Of a stretch of 64,000 nt of DNA, positions 51,801 through 64,000 are shown piece by piece (within the stretch, counting starts at the first letter, position 1; each line of letters opens with the position of its first letter). The notes beneath the pieces are model-generated. The model saw only the letters and a program-made list of their open reading frames with translations. It did not search any database and was not told the origin of the DNA. The position numbers and the translations under genes are program-made. This stretch comes from Leucoraja ocellata (Eukaryota), in contig JAWMAR010000003.1 of the NCBI GenBank assembly GCA_036785375.1, positions 6,758,001 to 6,822,000 on the forward strand. Reading direction: 5' to 3'.

Positions 51801-52745
51801 TCTTCCAACTCTAGAGTGCGTAGTTTGTTGTCCAATTTCATATAATCACCTCTCCACATCTTCTATGAAACCATCAAAAAATTATGTTTTTTCTTGAAAC
51901 CACTGATTTTGCTTTTCGCGCTCCACCTCAGCCAGTGGTAAATCCAGCAATGACTTGTGGCTTTGTCCGACCTCATGGCAGAGGTTGATTAATTGAACCA
52001 GATTAGATTGTACTTTCTTCGCATTCTTATCTAACTCCATGAGTTTCTTCGGGTTTTCAATTAACTTGTTAAACTGTTTCCATAACTTGTGTCTTGACTT
52101 CTGACATTTTTCCAGCAACATAACTTGGCCTTTGTCGTTGAGTTTAATCATTCTTTTTCCACATTTTCCAGAATTCGGCTCCTCTTCGCCCTCTTGTGGC
52201 TGAGTTTCAGACATACAGGTGGCTATCTCTTTAAGATATATCTGTCGTAATAACATACTTATGTGATGACGTGTTCTTATCAAGCGAGAATTCAAAACAA
52301 ACTGTTCTTCAAAACATCATTAAATTTAAGATTCCCATGGTCTCCTTCAAGCTTCTATGATAAACAATCGTACTTCGGCACACCTATCAACTTGGAATTC
52401 AATAACATCAGCTAAAGTTTGAGATTTTCAAGGTCACTTGTTCAGCGGTTGCAGCTTATCTTTAAGCTTTCCATAAACAGCTTTCCTCAGCTGTTTTCAA
52501 TACTGCTTCTGCAGCTTTTGACTTTAAAGCTTTTAGCCTTTAAAGAAAATACAGCTTTATGCAACCTTCCAATAAACCTTAATGCGGAAGCTGCTCGTTA
52601 CACACGATCTGGCCTGGCTTTCGAAGTCTTCAATCTTCGTCCTTCAGATAGCCCAGATTTTGACCGTATTGATTTGCCAGCGTTTGGCAGATTCTTTGTT
52701 CCAGGATTTCAAGCTCTTATCTCACTCGTAGAGATGCAGTTTTGT
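48806..52745 (-). mobile_element. BEL/Pao LTR retrotransposon 5' part (gag-protease), frameshifted
   Basis: FDGDPLQYEAFIIAF...RLHFLEQYTSG (gag), CLFC...H/CFGCL/CDVC..H..LLH triple zinc knuckles, TYAFLDLGSS protease, IDLLIGAN. Confidence 0.88.
51150..51780 (-). mobile_element. GC-rich retroposon related to 16071-16942, inserted in the BEL element
   Basis: Shares gcggcctaccagc..ggagcggc.tttcctg and other blocks with the 16071 element in reverse orientation. Confidence 0.6.
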
Positions 52746-52784
52746 AATAAAGGCAGGTTTAATAACCATATAACCATATAAAAG

Positions 52785-54035
52785 GTCAAGAACTTTAAAT
52801 TCCTTAGCGTGCATATTTCCAAAGATCGTTCCTGGTACCAGCACACTGATGCAATCATAAAGAAGGCATATCAGCACCTCTACTTCCTGAGAAAATGACA
52901 GAGAGTCGGTATGTCAAGGAGGACTCTCTCAAACTTCTACAGGTGCACAGTAGAAAGCATACAGTCTGGTTGCATCATAGCTTGGTTCGGCAACTTGAAC
53001 GTCCAGGAACGGAAAAGAATGCAGAAAGTTTTGACCACTGCCCAGTCCATCATCGGCTCTGACCTCGCCACCATCGAAGGGATCTATCACAGTCGCTGCC
53101 TCAAAAAGGCTGCCAACATCATCAAAGACCCACACCATCCTGGCCACACACACATCTCTCCGTTGCCATCGGGAAGAAGGTACAGGAACTTGAAATCTGG
53201 AACATCCAGGTTCAGGAACAGCTACTTCCCCACAGCCATCAGGCTATTAAACACGACATCAAACAAACTCTGAACGATAAAAGCCTATTGCACTTTATTT
53301 GTTTTTTTTTACGTGTATATATGTGGTTTATGGTATATAGACGCACTGAACTGTTCTGTATTATGCTTACAATATTCTGTTGTGCTGCTGCAAGCAAGAA
53401 TGTAATTGTCCTATCTGGGACACATGACAATAAAACTTTCTTGACTCTTGAGAGTTAGATAGAGCTCTTAAAGATAGCAGAGTCAAGGGTTATGGGGAGA
53501 AGGCAGGGTACTGATTTCAAGTCAACTTTATTTGTCACATACACATACAAGATGTACAGTGAAATGAGGGTGGCAATGCCTGCGGGATTGTGCAAAACAA
53601 CAGAACAGCCCTGATGGCCTGTTGGAAGAAACTCCGTCTCATCCTCTCCGTTTTCGCAGCATGACAGCGGAGGCACTTGCCTAACCGTAGCAGCTGGAAC
53701 AGTCTGTTTCTAGGGTGGTAGGGATCCTTCTTGATCTTGTTGACTCTGGATCTGTATCTCCTGGTATATAGGTCCTGCAAGGGGGTGGGGAGTGTAGTTC
53801 CCATGGTGTGCTCGGCTGAACGCACTACTCTCTGCAGACCCTTCCTTTCCTGGGCAGAGCTGTTGCCAAACCAGATCAAGATGTTTCCGGTCAGGCTGCC
53901 TTCTACTGCACCAGAGTGGAAAGATTGAATGATCCTCAGCTGCCTGAGGTGGCAAAGGCGCTGCCTTGTCTTTCTCACCAGTGCGGCAGTGTGTTTTGTC
54001 CAAGTCAGATCCTCTGTGATGTGGACTCCCAGGCA
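52785..54035. mobile_element. Two Rex1-like LINE 3' ends (plus 52785-53450; minus about 53515-54035)
   Basis: NFYRCTVESI..AWFGN..GRRYRNLK and LGVHITEDLTWTKHT motifs; short tandem tails. Confidence 0.82.
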
Positions 54036-54325
54036 GAGCTGCCAAGTTTTGTCAGAGCATTTCAATATTCTGAGTACCTGAAAATCAGTATTTTTACGCG
54101 GTACCATTTTGCTGAAAAAAAAAAGTTTTTTGTGTGCGGTCATACCCATGTAAGAGTACAAGAATGCATAACTTTGCTACCAATTGACATGTCTTCTACG
54201 CACCTTACTTGACTTCATTCATTGCCATCTCTTTGTATACTGGACATTGTGCCTTCCCCCACAGTGATAACCATTGTGGGGGGATGATTTTTGTGTGTAA
54301 GTGAATATTTTAGTTTGGGTCCAAG

Positions 54326-54566
54326 ATGGCTGTTGGAAGGGAGAGTGTACGCTGGCGCGGTTTGGCTGCCGCTGCTCTCTTCACATTGTGTTTTTGATTT
54401 TTGTCTTTGGATCGAATTCTGTCTTTAATTTGTGTATTGGTGATGTCTTTATTATTTATTTTATTCCGATTATATGTTTTTTTATTCTTGTTAATTTTCT
54501 GTAAGGTGTCCTTGAGACTTTTGAAAGGCGCCCACAAATAAAATTTATTATTATTATTATTATTAT
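54326..54566 (+). mobile_element. Short non-autonomous element with L2-type 3' tail
   Basis: Head gggtccaagatggc; tail tgtaaggtgtccttgag..gaaaggcgc..aataaaatt(tat)n. Confidence 0.55.
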
Positions 54567-54692
54567 ACTGCTGTTCCTGCTTTTAGCACCAGATGATAAT
54601 GTAGAAGCCATTTTGGAAGCCTCCGTCTCCCCTTCCTCACCATAGCGCTATGTGTAAAGCCCATAGTGCTCTAGCCGGTAGCACCACATTCC

Positions 54693-56045
54693 CATATAAC
54701 ATATAACAATTACAGCACGGAAACAAGCCATCTCGGCCCTACAAGTCCGTACCGAACAACTTTTTTCCCTTAGTCCCACCTGCCTGCACTCATACCATAA
54801 CCCTCCATTCCCTTCTCATCCATATGCCTATCCAATTTATTTTTAAATGATACCAATGAACCTGCCTCCACCACTTCCACTGGAAGCTCATTCCACACCG
54901 CTACCACTCTCTGAGTAAAGAAGTTCCCCCTCATGTTACCCCTAAACTTCTGTCCCTTAATTCTGAAGTCATGTCCTCTTGTTTGAATCTTCCCTATTCT
55001 CAAAGGGAAAAGCTTGTCCACATCAACTCTGTCTATCCCTCTCATCATTTTAAAGATCTCTATCAAGTCCCCCTTAACCTTCTGCGCTCCAGAGAATAAA
55101 GACCTAACTTATTCAACCTATCTCTGTAACTTAGTTGTTGAAACCCAGGCAACATTCTAGCAAATCTCCTCTGTACTCTCTCTATTTTGTTGACATCCTT
55201 CCTATAATTGGGCGACCAAAATTGTACACCATACTCCAGATTTGGTCTCACCAATGCCTTGTACAATTTTAACATTACATCCCAACTTCTATACTCAATG
55301 CTCTGATTTATAAAGGCTAGCATACCAAAAGCTTTCTTTACCACCCTATCTATATGAGATTCCACCTTCAAGGAACTATGCACGGTTATTCCCAGATCCC
55401 TCTGTTCAACTGTATTCTTCAATTCCCTACCATTTACCATGTACGTCCTATTTTGATTTGTCCTGCCAAGGTGTAGCACCTCACATTTATCAGCATTAAA
55501 CTCCACCTGCCATCTTTCAGCCCATTTTTCCAAATGGCTTAAATCATTCTGTAGACTTTGGAAATCCTCTTCATTATCCACAACACCCCCTATCTTGGTA
55601 TCATCTGCATACTTACTAATCCAATTTACCACCCCTTCATCCAGATCATTGATGTACATGACAAACAACAAAGGACCCAACACAGATCCCTGAGGCACCC
55701 CACTAACCTGCCTCCAACCCGACAAACAGCCATCCACCATTACCCTCTGGCTTCTCCCAATCAGCCACTGTTGAATCCATCTTGCTATTCCTGCATTTAT
55801 ACCCAACAGTTGAACCTTCTTAACCAACCTTCCATGAGGAACCTTGTCAAAGGCCTTACCAAAGTCCATATAGACAACATCCACTGCTTTACCCTCGTCA
55901 ATTTCCCTAGTAACCTCTTCAAAAAATTCAAGAAGATTAGTCAAACATGACCTTCCAGGCACAAATCCATGTTGACTGTTGCTAATCAGACCCTGTTTAT
56001 CCAGATGCTTATATATATTATCTCTAAGTATCTTTTCCATTAATT
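54693..56045 (-). mobile_element. Young CR1 LINE, 5'-truncated
   Basis: 325-aa RT ORF (QHGFVPGRSCLTNL, YMDFGKAFDKVPH, GVPQGSVLGP, KYADDTK) with one frameshift before the C-terminus, then the 3'UTR. Confidence 0.95.
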
Positions 56046-56105
56046 TGGGTTAGGATTCCCATAGTGCAAGTGCGAACAGTGGTAGTTAACAAATCATTTT
56101 CGTCT

Positions 56106-56240
56106 TCTTCTTTTGTGTGGCGTGCACAGCCTAAAGTTGTTGGACAACTTGTTCTATTTGATCTTCCGTTTGTGCACGTCGAGTTGATTGCATTAGTCGA
56201 AACAGGGCGGACCACGTGAAGGTTGCAATCTTCCACCCCG
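56106..56240 (-). mobile_element. ~135-bp non-autonomous retroposon with HDV-like ribozyme head and (GAA)n tail
   Basis: Direct repeat ttttcgtct at 56097-56105 and 56241-56249. 3' end ...GCCACACAAAAGAAGAAG. No tRNA A/B boxes recognised. Confidence 0.8.
56186..56239 (-). ncRNA. Minimal HDV-like self-cleaving ribozyme (54 nt)
   Basis: Minus strand reads GGGGUGG-AA-GAUUGCA-ACC-UUCACGU-GGU-CCGCCCU-GU-UUCGA-CUAA-UGCAAUC. P1 is 7 bp with a G1.U wobble, P2 is 7 bp perfect, P3 is 3 bp, L3 fits UYCHCGY, P1.1 G is present, P4 is vestigial, and J4/2 CUAA carries the catalytic C at 56196. Confidence 0.85.
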
Positions 56241-56399
56241 TTTTCGTCTCAGAGGAATCAAGTGATAAACCACTCCAATCTTTCTGCAGTACTCATTAAA
56301 CTCGAGCTTTTTAAAAATGTAAAATTCCACAGCGAGTTTACTGCAACATGGCCGGTGCAGTGGTGACTCATTGTTATGATTATCCATGGTAGTTTTTTA

Positions 56400-56476
56400 A
56401 AAAAATCTGTATTTAACAACGCAAAATCGTATATCCGTACAAGATACGGGAAATCCGTACTACTTGGCAGCTATGC
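56400..56476. mobile_element. Possible hAT-like transposon terminus
   Basis: Reverse complement reads CATAGCTGCCAAG with subterminal TACGG/CCGTA repeats. Confidence 0.4.
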
Positions 56477-56544
56477 CCAGGTATTTAAAGCTGCTCACCC
56501 TATCCACAGTAGTCCCATTTATCCCCAGTGGTGTGTACGTCCTC

Positions 56545-56990
56545 GGTTCTTGTGCCCTTCTAGTCCACAATCAGCGCCTTAGTTTTAGTGACATACAAGA
56601 GGAGGCTGTTGTTCTGACACCAGAGTGCCAGGTCAGCCACCTCCTCCAGGTAGGCCTTTTCATCGCTATCGGAGATCAGGCCCACCGCCACTGTGTAATC
56701 AGCAAACTTGAAAATGGAGTTGGAGCTGAACCTGGCCACACAGTCAGGGGGGCTGAGGACGCAACCCTGGGGGATCCTGTGTTCAGGGTGAGGGGGTTGG
56801 AGCACCTGGGGCCTGGCAGTGAGAAAGTCCAGGACCTAGGCACATGGGGGAGTGTTCAGTCCCAGTTCCAGCAGCTTCTCAGCAATTCTGGTGGGGACTA
56901 TGGTGTTGAAAGCCGAACTGAAATTAATGAACAGCATCCTCATATAGCCCCCCCTTCTGGCTGTCAAGGTGAGAGAGAGTGGTGTGCAAA
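56545..56990 (-). mobile_element. Decayed Rex1-like RT fragment
   Basis: PQGCVLSP, SIFKFADYT, TKTKALIVD. Confidence 0.75.
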
Positions 56991-58848
56991 ACCTGGGGAT
57001 TGTGGATGATCAGCCATGATCACAGTGAATGGCAGTGCTGGCTCGAAGGGCCTACTCCTGCACCTATTGTCTATTGTTATCTCTAGAAATGTCTACAACA
57101 CCATACATAGTATAATCAGACAGAGAGTAGACCATACCAGATGAGGTGATGTGCCTTTCCTCCTCTCCTCGTGGTGAAAGTTCTTAGAATAAATACATTT
57201 ACTTGACCGAAGAATGGAGAAATGAATGATTATCATGTTCCACAGCAGTATGCTTGACAGGTGCAGTCAAATATAGAAAAATACATTCAGGTGACAACAA
57301 AGGAATACCTAAAAGAATAAGATTTCTGACAATATATGAAGAAATCTTGGGTACAGATATATATTTTCAAGGGGTTGCGAGATGACATTCAGGCAGAAAA
57401 TGCAGAATCATTTAATGTGGAATTCATTCGTTTTGTTTTATGGTTATTAATTTAATCCTTGCCCACAATTGGCTGTTTTTCTAGTTTTTGTCCATTTTAG
57501 TGAGTGGAGAAAGATGTGAATCCTCCATCTGACTCAGCCACACTTTTTCTTTGTCCGTATTCTTTGTGGCCAGTGCTCATAGTTCGCTGGGGCTATCAGA
57601 TCCTAATCGCTTCCATTTTACCTTCACTTGAAGTATCATTTCCTCATGTTTTTTTCTTCAATTACAAACTGTAGTAAAGGCATGACATTACCTCAAATAC
57701 ATCTAAAAAATCTTCAAAAATACAACCAGAAATAAAACGGCAATTCTTCAGTGGGTGTGGCAGCAAGTGCAAGACAACCAGCTAATGTTGGAGATCCACA
57801 CCCATTCATTAAAGAAATAGAGATAAGACAAGGGTTAAATTGTGCCGCAATAGTGAGGGGAGATTGAACAAAAGGAAAGTTTGTTATACGGTGGAAGAGA
57901 AATTAAAAGACCAGGTCATGGTAAAAGGTGAACGATAGAGGTAAATATTCTGGGAAAGATGTCATGCAATGTCATTTTCCATTTGGAGTGTGGAGTGAAT
58001 GCTAAAAATTTGCAATAAAAATGCCAGGTAGAATATCATAGGAAACCAAGTCAGGAGTAGACCATTTGGTCCTTCAAGCCTCTCCTCCCTTTCAAAGGGA
58101 ACATGCCTATTCATTTACTTCAGTACCATTTCTCTGGACTCACAACCAATAGATTAATATCTACATATTAAATGATCTATATCTTTAATATACTCATTCA
58201 CTGAGTCTTCGTAGCCTCTTGGTTTGAAAACTCCTAGTCTTTTATTATCCTTTGATTAAGGAAACGACTTTTCATCTCCGATGGATTTTAAGACTAACTC
58301 CTGGTTCCAGATATTCCAGCTGTCTCTGCATCTGCTCAATCAATAAGAACATCTCACAAACTTCCAAATTCAAAGAGTACAAACCTATGGAGATGCAAGA
58401 GACATCGGCTCGTAGATATTAGGTGGAACCAGATTGGCAGGGTGGGGGAAAGGCTGCAGTGAATGATGGGCAGATGAACCAGGCAGGGGAGTGTTGAGAC
58501 AGTTGACCTCAATACAGATGTATCCTCATTTTCTTCTTCGTTTTAGATCAGAATTATTTTAATTTCCCTTTAATGTCCTTATTTTGTAATGATTTCTTCA
58601 GTCTCAATCTTCAAAGGAGCATTTTTGCTACTTTTTTCATTCATATGTACCTGCGGAAGGTCTTACAATTTGTTTATATGATTCTTGGCTGCCTCATCTA
58701 GTTTCCGTGCGTGTGGTAATCCCTTGGTCCGCTTTTGCCGAATTCTGTATTTTTCCTTCAGGCTTACTGCAGTTTTAATAATAGTATTTTGTGTGACATC
58801 TTATGAAAGGGTTTCTGAAAGTCCAAGCTTATCTTCCAATCTGTAGCA

Positions 58849-59439
58849 GGGCCATTCTTTGGAAAGTGAACCAAAATGTAACACACGTGACCAGAAGGCA
58901 TTGCATTAAGTAATACATTAAAACATTATTGTAGGAGATTAATCTTATTCATTGCTATTTTCCTGCCTACAGAACTATAATGCATGTCTGCTAAAGATAT
59001 GAACATTCTAACTTTTTAAAAATTCAGTTTGTAAGGGCTATTCATTGGAAAGTGAACCAAAATGTCACACACGTGACCAGATGGCATCACATAAAGTAAT
59101 ACTTTAAAAAATTATAAGAGATTAATCTTATTCATTACTATTTTCCTTCCTAAAGAACTATAATGCATGTTTGTTAAAGATATGAACATTCTAGCGTTTA
59201 AAAATTCAGTTTGTAAGATAAAATGCTTCTGTGAGGTCACACACGTGACCAGTCATATTTGACCTCTGACCCTAAACAAACATTGTCAGCATAACATAAA
59301 AATTTTGCTTGATAAACCGTAAAAAATATGAATCATATATACAGTACAAAACAATATACCTGCACTGCTTTCAGAATTAGAAGAGATGTATTCCACAATT
59401 TTTCATAATTTTGGTCACTCACGTGACTAAGAATGGGCC
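58849..59439. mobile_element. MITE with 11-bp TIRs, 4-bp TSD and duplicated left end
   Basis: GGGCCATTCTT and GGCCCATTCTT (reverse complement); agca at 58845-58848 and 59440-59443; tandem units 58849-59034 and 59035-59217. Confidence 0.7.
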
Positions 59440-62400
59440 AGCAAGTTTTTCTTTGACCCCTTTCTTCGACCTTCTCTTGATATGTCAACTGGATCACATT
59501 TTCCATCGGGTTTCTTTGCCTTAGAGATAAATATTACTTTTAAACTAAATATTAGTTTGTTAAATTGTTTTAATCATGTTTTAAGTTAAATTAAATTATG
59601 TTCTACCATGTCTTCATAGATTGCTTATTTATATTTAAGACTTTGGTGTTAGATTGAGCAAAAAACACTAAATTTTACTTTAAACATGTTATGATTATAT
59701 TTCAAGCACCCACCACGGGTGAGAGGAGGAAGCAGTACTAATACATTCATCAACATACCTGTAAGAGTGGGGCCTGAGTAGGTCTTGTAAATGAACAGGA
59801 AGAGTTTCAATGGATTTGGGTCAAACACAGGCAAATGGGACTTGCACAGGTGGGTACCTTGATCGAAATAGACAGGATGAATGGAAGTGACTGTTCCAAT
59901 GCTGTATGACTATGACTGAAATAGAGAACACTCCATGTATCTCTCAAAGTGATAGGTGCAGCCTAGAACTATACAGGTTCCTATAGTAATGTTTTATTTG
60001 GTGCGAGTGCATGTTTAATTGTTCAATGTACAGGTTCTCCTACTCTTCCTTCTGCAATCCTAAATCTTTCACAATTGTTCTCTTATTCTAGTTCAGTGCA
60101 AGGCAAATGGAGATTAGCAATTGATGAAACAGAAAACGGGTCCAGAAGATGTAGGATAATTATCTGAAATTATTGGACTTAATTTTGAGGAATAAAGCTG
60201 TATCACACTTGATTGTTCCTTCAGCTGCATTTGAACAATGTAGAAGGTAATGAACATTTCTGATCACATGCTAACAGAAAATTGGTGGCACATGATCAGA
60301 AGCTCAGGTGTACATTATGAACCCAAAATGTTGGGTCTTCTGCTGTTCATTTGGTAAGGGTTACTCCAGTTGAACACTTGTCAATTCAGGCACAGATTCA
60401 ATGGCAGAGAGTTCAGCAGGTTAGTTTGTGCCTTTATTACACGAGCATAAGCAATAGGAGCAGAAATAGGCTCCTGGATGATCTGGAAATCTGATCATGG
60501 CTGATCTCTTTTTTTCCCTCTCACCCCATTCACCTGCCTTCTCCCCATAATGTTTGACGCCCTTACTAGTCAAGAATCTCTGCTTTAAAAATACCCAATC
60601 ACTAGACCTTAACAGCCGCCTGTGGCAATGAATTCCAGATTCACCACCCTCTGGCTAAAGAAATGTTCATCTCTATTCTAAAGGTAATGTTTAAGATCAG
60701 TCTGAAGAAGGATCTCAACCAGAGTCGTCGCCTATTCCTTCGCTCCATAGATGCTGCCTCACCCGCTGAGTTTCTGTGACTGTGCCCTCTGGTCCTAGCC
60801 TCTCCCAAAACTGGAAACATATCCAATCTACCTAGGCTTCCATTCGCTCATCTTTCTGAAAAACACCAATTTTTCACCATAACTAAACTTCGTACTACAA
60901 ACTGTCTTGGTTCCACTAGGGACTTCAGACTTTTGTTTCCTTTTGCACTACATTGAATATTGTATTCATTGAACTCATTGTGTTTGTTTATTCCGTTATC
61001 TATTGAGTACTATGTTTATAAACCTGTTGTACATATAACAAGTAAACACTCTTGACTTAACTTTGAATGTTTAAGTCAGCACTATATTGTCAATGTTCTT
61101 CCCAATCTCCAAGATAACCATATAACCATATCCTGGAAATCTGAATCTTCCATCCACAATTTGCACTTTTATCCTGCATCAACATACATTGACTAGCAAG
61201 AGAAAAATGTATGGTGTTTGGCAAAATTAGCATTATTAATGTTTGACCCAAACCCAATTCAAACCTCCTCTGTAAAATGTCACCCTATCCTTTTAGATCA
61301 CCTATGTGGAACATCCCTTGCAGAAGATTTTCCATTCAGCTGAATCCTTTACCATAGCACATGGCAGTATACTAATCAAGCGCTTTTAACTATTGCAAAA
61401 GCGATTGTGCTCCCTCTGTTCCACATCCTTAAGTCTCTCAGTAACAGCTCCTCTTCAATCCATGTTCTTCAGAAATGCTACATAATCTACTGAGTTATGC
61501 CAGCACTTTGTGTCTTTATTTGTAAATCAGCATCTGCATTTCATTGTGTCCACAATGCTTCTTCCCTCATTTGTGGTCATCTACTTCCTTTTGAGCTTCA
61601 CAATCTTTACATTCACTACATGCTGGAGAATTTCCTCACTACATTAAAAAAAAAAAACAGTTCACTGACCCTCCAATTTATTCCCCCAATCAAGCAAAAT
61701 ATCTGTCAGCTCATAGTAAGTAATGTAGACCTGAGCACGCAAATCAAAATATAGCACACACATAATGGTGGCAAGCTCACAACCATACCATTTTTAAATG
61801 GTCCTAAATTCTACAAGATTCAATCTAAATCTCTCGGGCAAGTCAGGGATTCACCAAAAACAAGTGGAAAAGGTCATTTTGATGAAAGTAGTCTTTATCA
61901 TTCCTTTCAACTTGGAAAATTTTCAAACCATAATGCGACATACCAGCCAACATCTTATAAATTCAGGTTTATTGTCAAGTATTGAGACAAAATTGTACAA
62001 AATATAATTCGATCACATTAAATTCAAACACAGCCCAGTCAAGATTAATATTGCAATGTCACATAATCCCCTATAAATTATAACTATCCCTTTATGTAGT
62101 AAATGAAAAATTACCCCAAGCTCCTGAATTATTAAATATAGGCCTAACTTAATGAGGGGCATGTTCCTCATTTTGACAAACAGACATATTACGAGTTAAG
62201 AGCATGATACATTTGGGATAGGAAAAGTAAACAAGACAGCATCCTTTTCTGAAAGCATCAATAGCAACATAGCAATTGATGATCACCTGTCAATTTTTAA
62301 TGTAAAATTATACATAATTATGAAAGCATACTGTGGAAATAAGTTTCATAGCAAAAGCTTCAGTTCTTCATTGCTATGTGGACAGAATATTTTTTTTGTT

Positions 62401-64000
62401 GAGAATGTTGACTCATCTGAATTTTGATCTGTCGACATATTTTTAAAGATTTCCATTTGTGTAAGTGCTTCACTGGTTTAATGCTGATTTAAGTACAAAC
62501 CCATTTGCTCTGTAACAGGTAAACCAGCTCCCAAGAGCTCGTTAGTACACATTACAATCTGGCAGAAATATTATTAAAAATGTTAAAAGGAAACTGTCAG
62601 TTTATGAATCACTTGATTCTCAAGCATGTACCATTGCTATTGCAAGCAGACAATATGAAAGACAAAACAAAACATAGTTACATGGACATGCCCATACACA
62701 TTTAAAAATTCAAGAGGCAAACAGACTGATATTGCATAGCGTTACACTTGTAATTCAAAATTAAATTCATTTCTAAAAAATGAAAAATTCAAAATTGCAT
62801 ATACAAGTTTGTTTATTGATTATGGCCAACCATTAGCATATATGTGACATTATTCAGAGCCAAGTCCCACAAATGCTATGCATAGGGCTTTGTATGGGAA
62901 AATCATTTATTGTTACCAGTTATTTAAAGGACATATTTCTAGCTATGTTTATACATACATTCCTCACTTACTGTCTAGAATTTAGTACCTCAGACAATGG
63001 CTCCCTAGATGATTAATTGCACATCTTAGATTTGCAAACAGAAATTGTTGTAAATATTCATCAATCCAAGCAGAACCTATGAATAGAGAAACAGATGTAA
63101 CTTTTCAAATCAATTGGCTTTCACCGGACCTGGAAAAAGCTAGATAATCAAATTTTAAGATTAAGAGAAAAGGGAACAGAGGAATAAACAGAAGGGAAGA
63201 TCTGTGGCAGGGTTTGAGGGTAGAGAGGCTAAATGACAAAGGAGGTGATGGGGAAAGGCATGAGGGAATAGGTTAAATAATGACACTAAAGATGGATCTA
63301 AAGCTGTTGAAAATGAAAACGGCCATATTATTCTGATATTAATAATTAGATGTTGGGTCCCGAAACAAAATATGCCTGATCAAAAAACGTTTGTTTTGAG
63401 CTTACGTTATCCTTCTTTGAAACTGTGCAGTAAGCAGAAGTCAAAATGGCAGTGGGATGTAGAATTACAGTGACAAGTGACCAACAAGCAGCAACAATTT
63501 GAAGTCCAAATTACATGTACCCAATCTCCCAGACATGTTTGACTAATTTTTGTATCCTTCCTCAATCTTCTGCATTGTTCCAATGAAGGTCAATAAACAG
63601 TACTTAATCTCAAGAAAAATACAGCTCATGACTCAAAATTTTTGCAGCCAATAATTTCAGATAATGATCAGACATGCTCTCAACCCATCTTATGTTTTAA
63701 GTGCTCATCACTGACTCTATTTGCCTTGCATCAATCCTGTCTTCTAATCCACCACAGACCATTATCTTTCCCTGCATCTCAATACCATTTATCTCCAACT
63801 TTATCCAGTTTCAGTGCGAGGGGGTGCTTGTGAAACACTAACCGTGTCTCCTCCAACATGCCTGGCTGGATCAGAGATTTTACAACATTTTTTGCTTTTA
63901 TTCCAGATTCCTTGGATCTGTTTTTTTTCTTTATTATACTCCAGGCCATCTTTGTCATTTTATTGGTGAATATAATGGTGATCAAGTTTCTAAAATTAAC

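Overview
Repeat-rich vertebrate genomic DNA, most likely from a cartilaginous fish (skate or ray; inferred from HE1/V-SINE-like, CR1, Rex1-like and Penelope-like repeats). One protein-coding gene is supported: TRIM54 (MuRF3), on the minus strand. Eight coding exons were traced by hand from the ATG at 41290 to 8019 (168/173/172/96/234/23/125/84 nt, all GT-AG and in phase, 358 codons + 1 nt); the stop codon or last exon is unresolved. The rest is mostly nested transposons: CR1, Crack/L2-like, Rex1/Babar, an RT-deleted L1, Penelope-like elements, a decayed Gypsy, a BEL/Pao fragment, a young gag-only LTR mini-element, Helitron-like elements and MITEs. The most notable non-coding signals are self-cleaving RNA motifs. 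One is a ~135-bp TSD-flanked retroposon whose 5' end is a complete 54-nt minimal HDV-like ribozyme (56186-56239, minus). The others are minimal hammerhead motifs in Penelope-derived repeats, including a 105-bp unit with a 14-bp TSD and several copies in sense orientation within TRIM54 introns. Repeat boundaries without TSD evidence are approximate.
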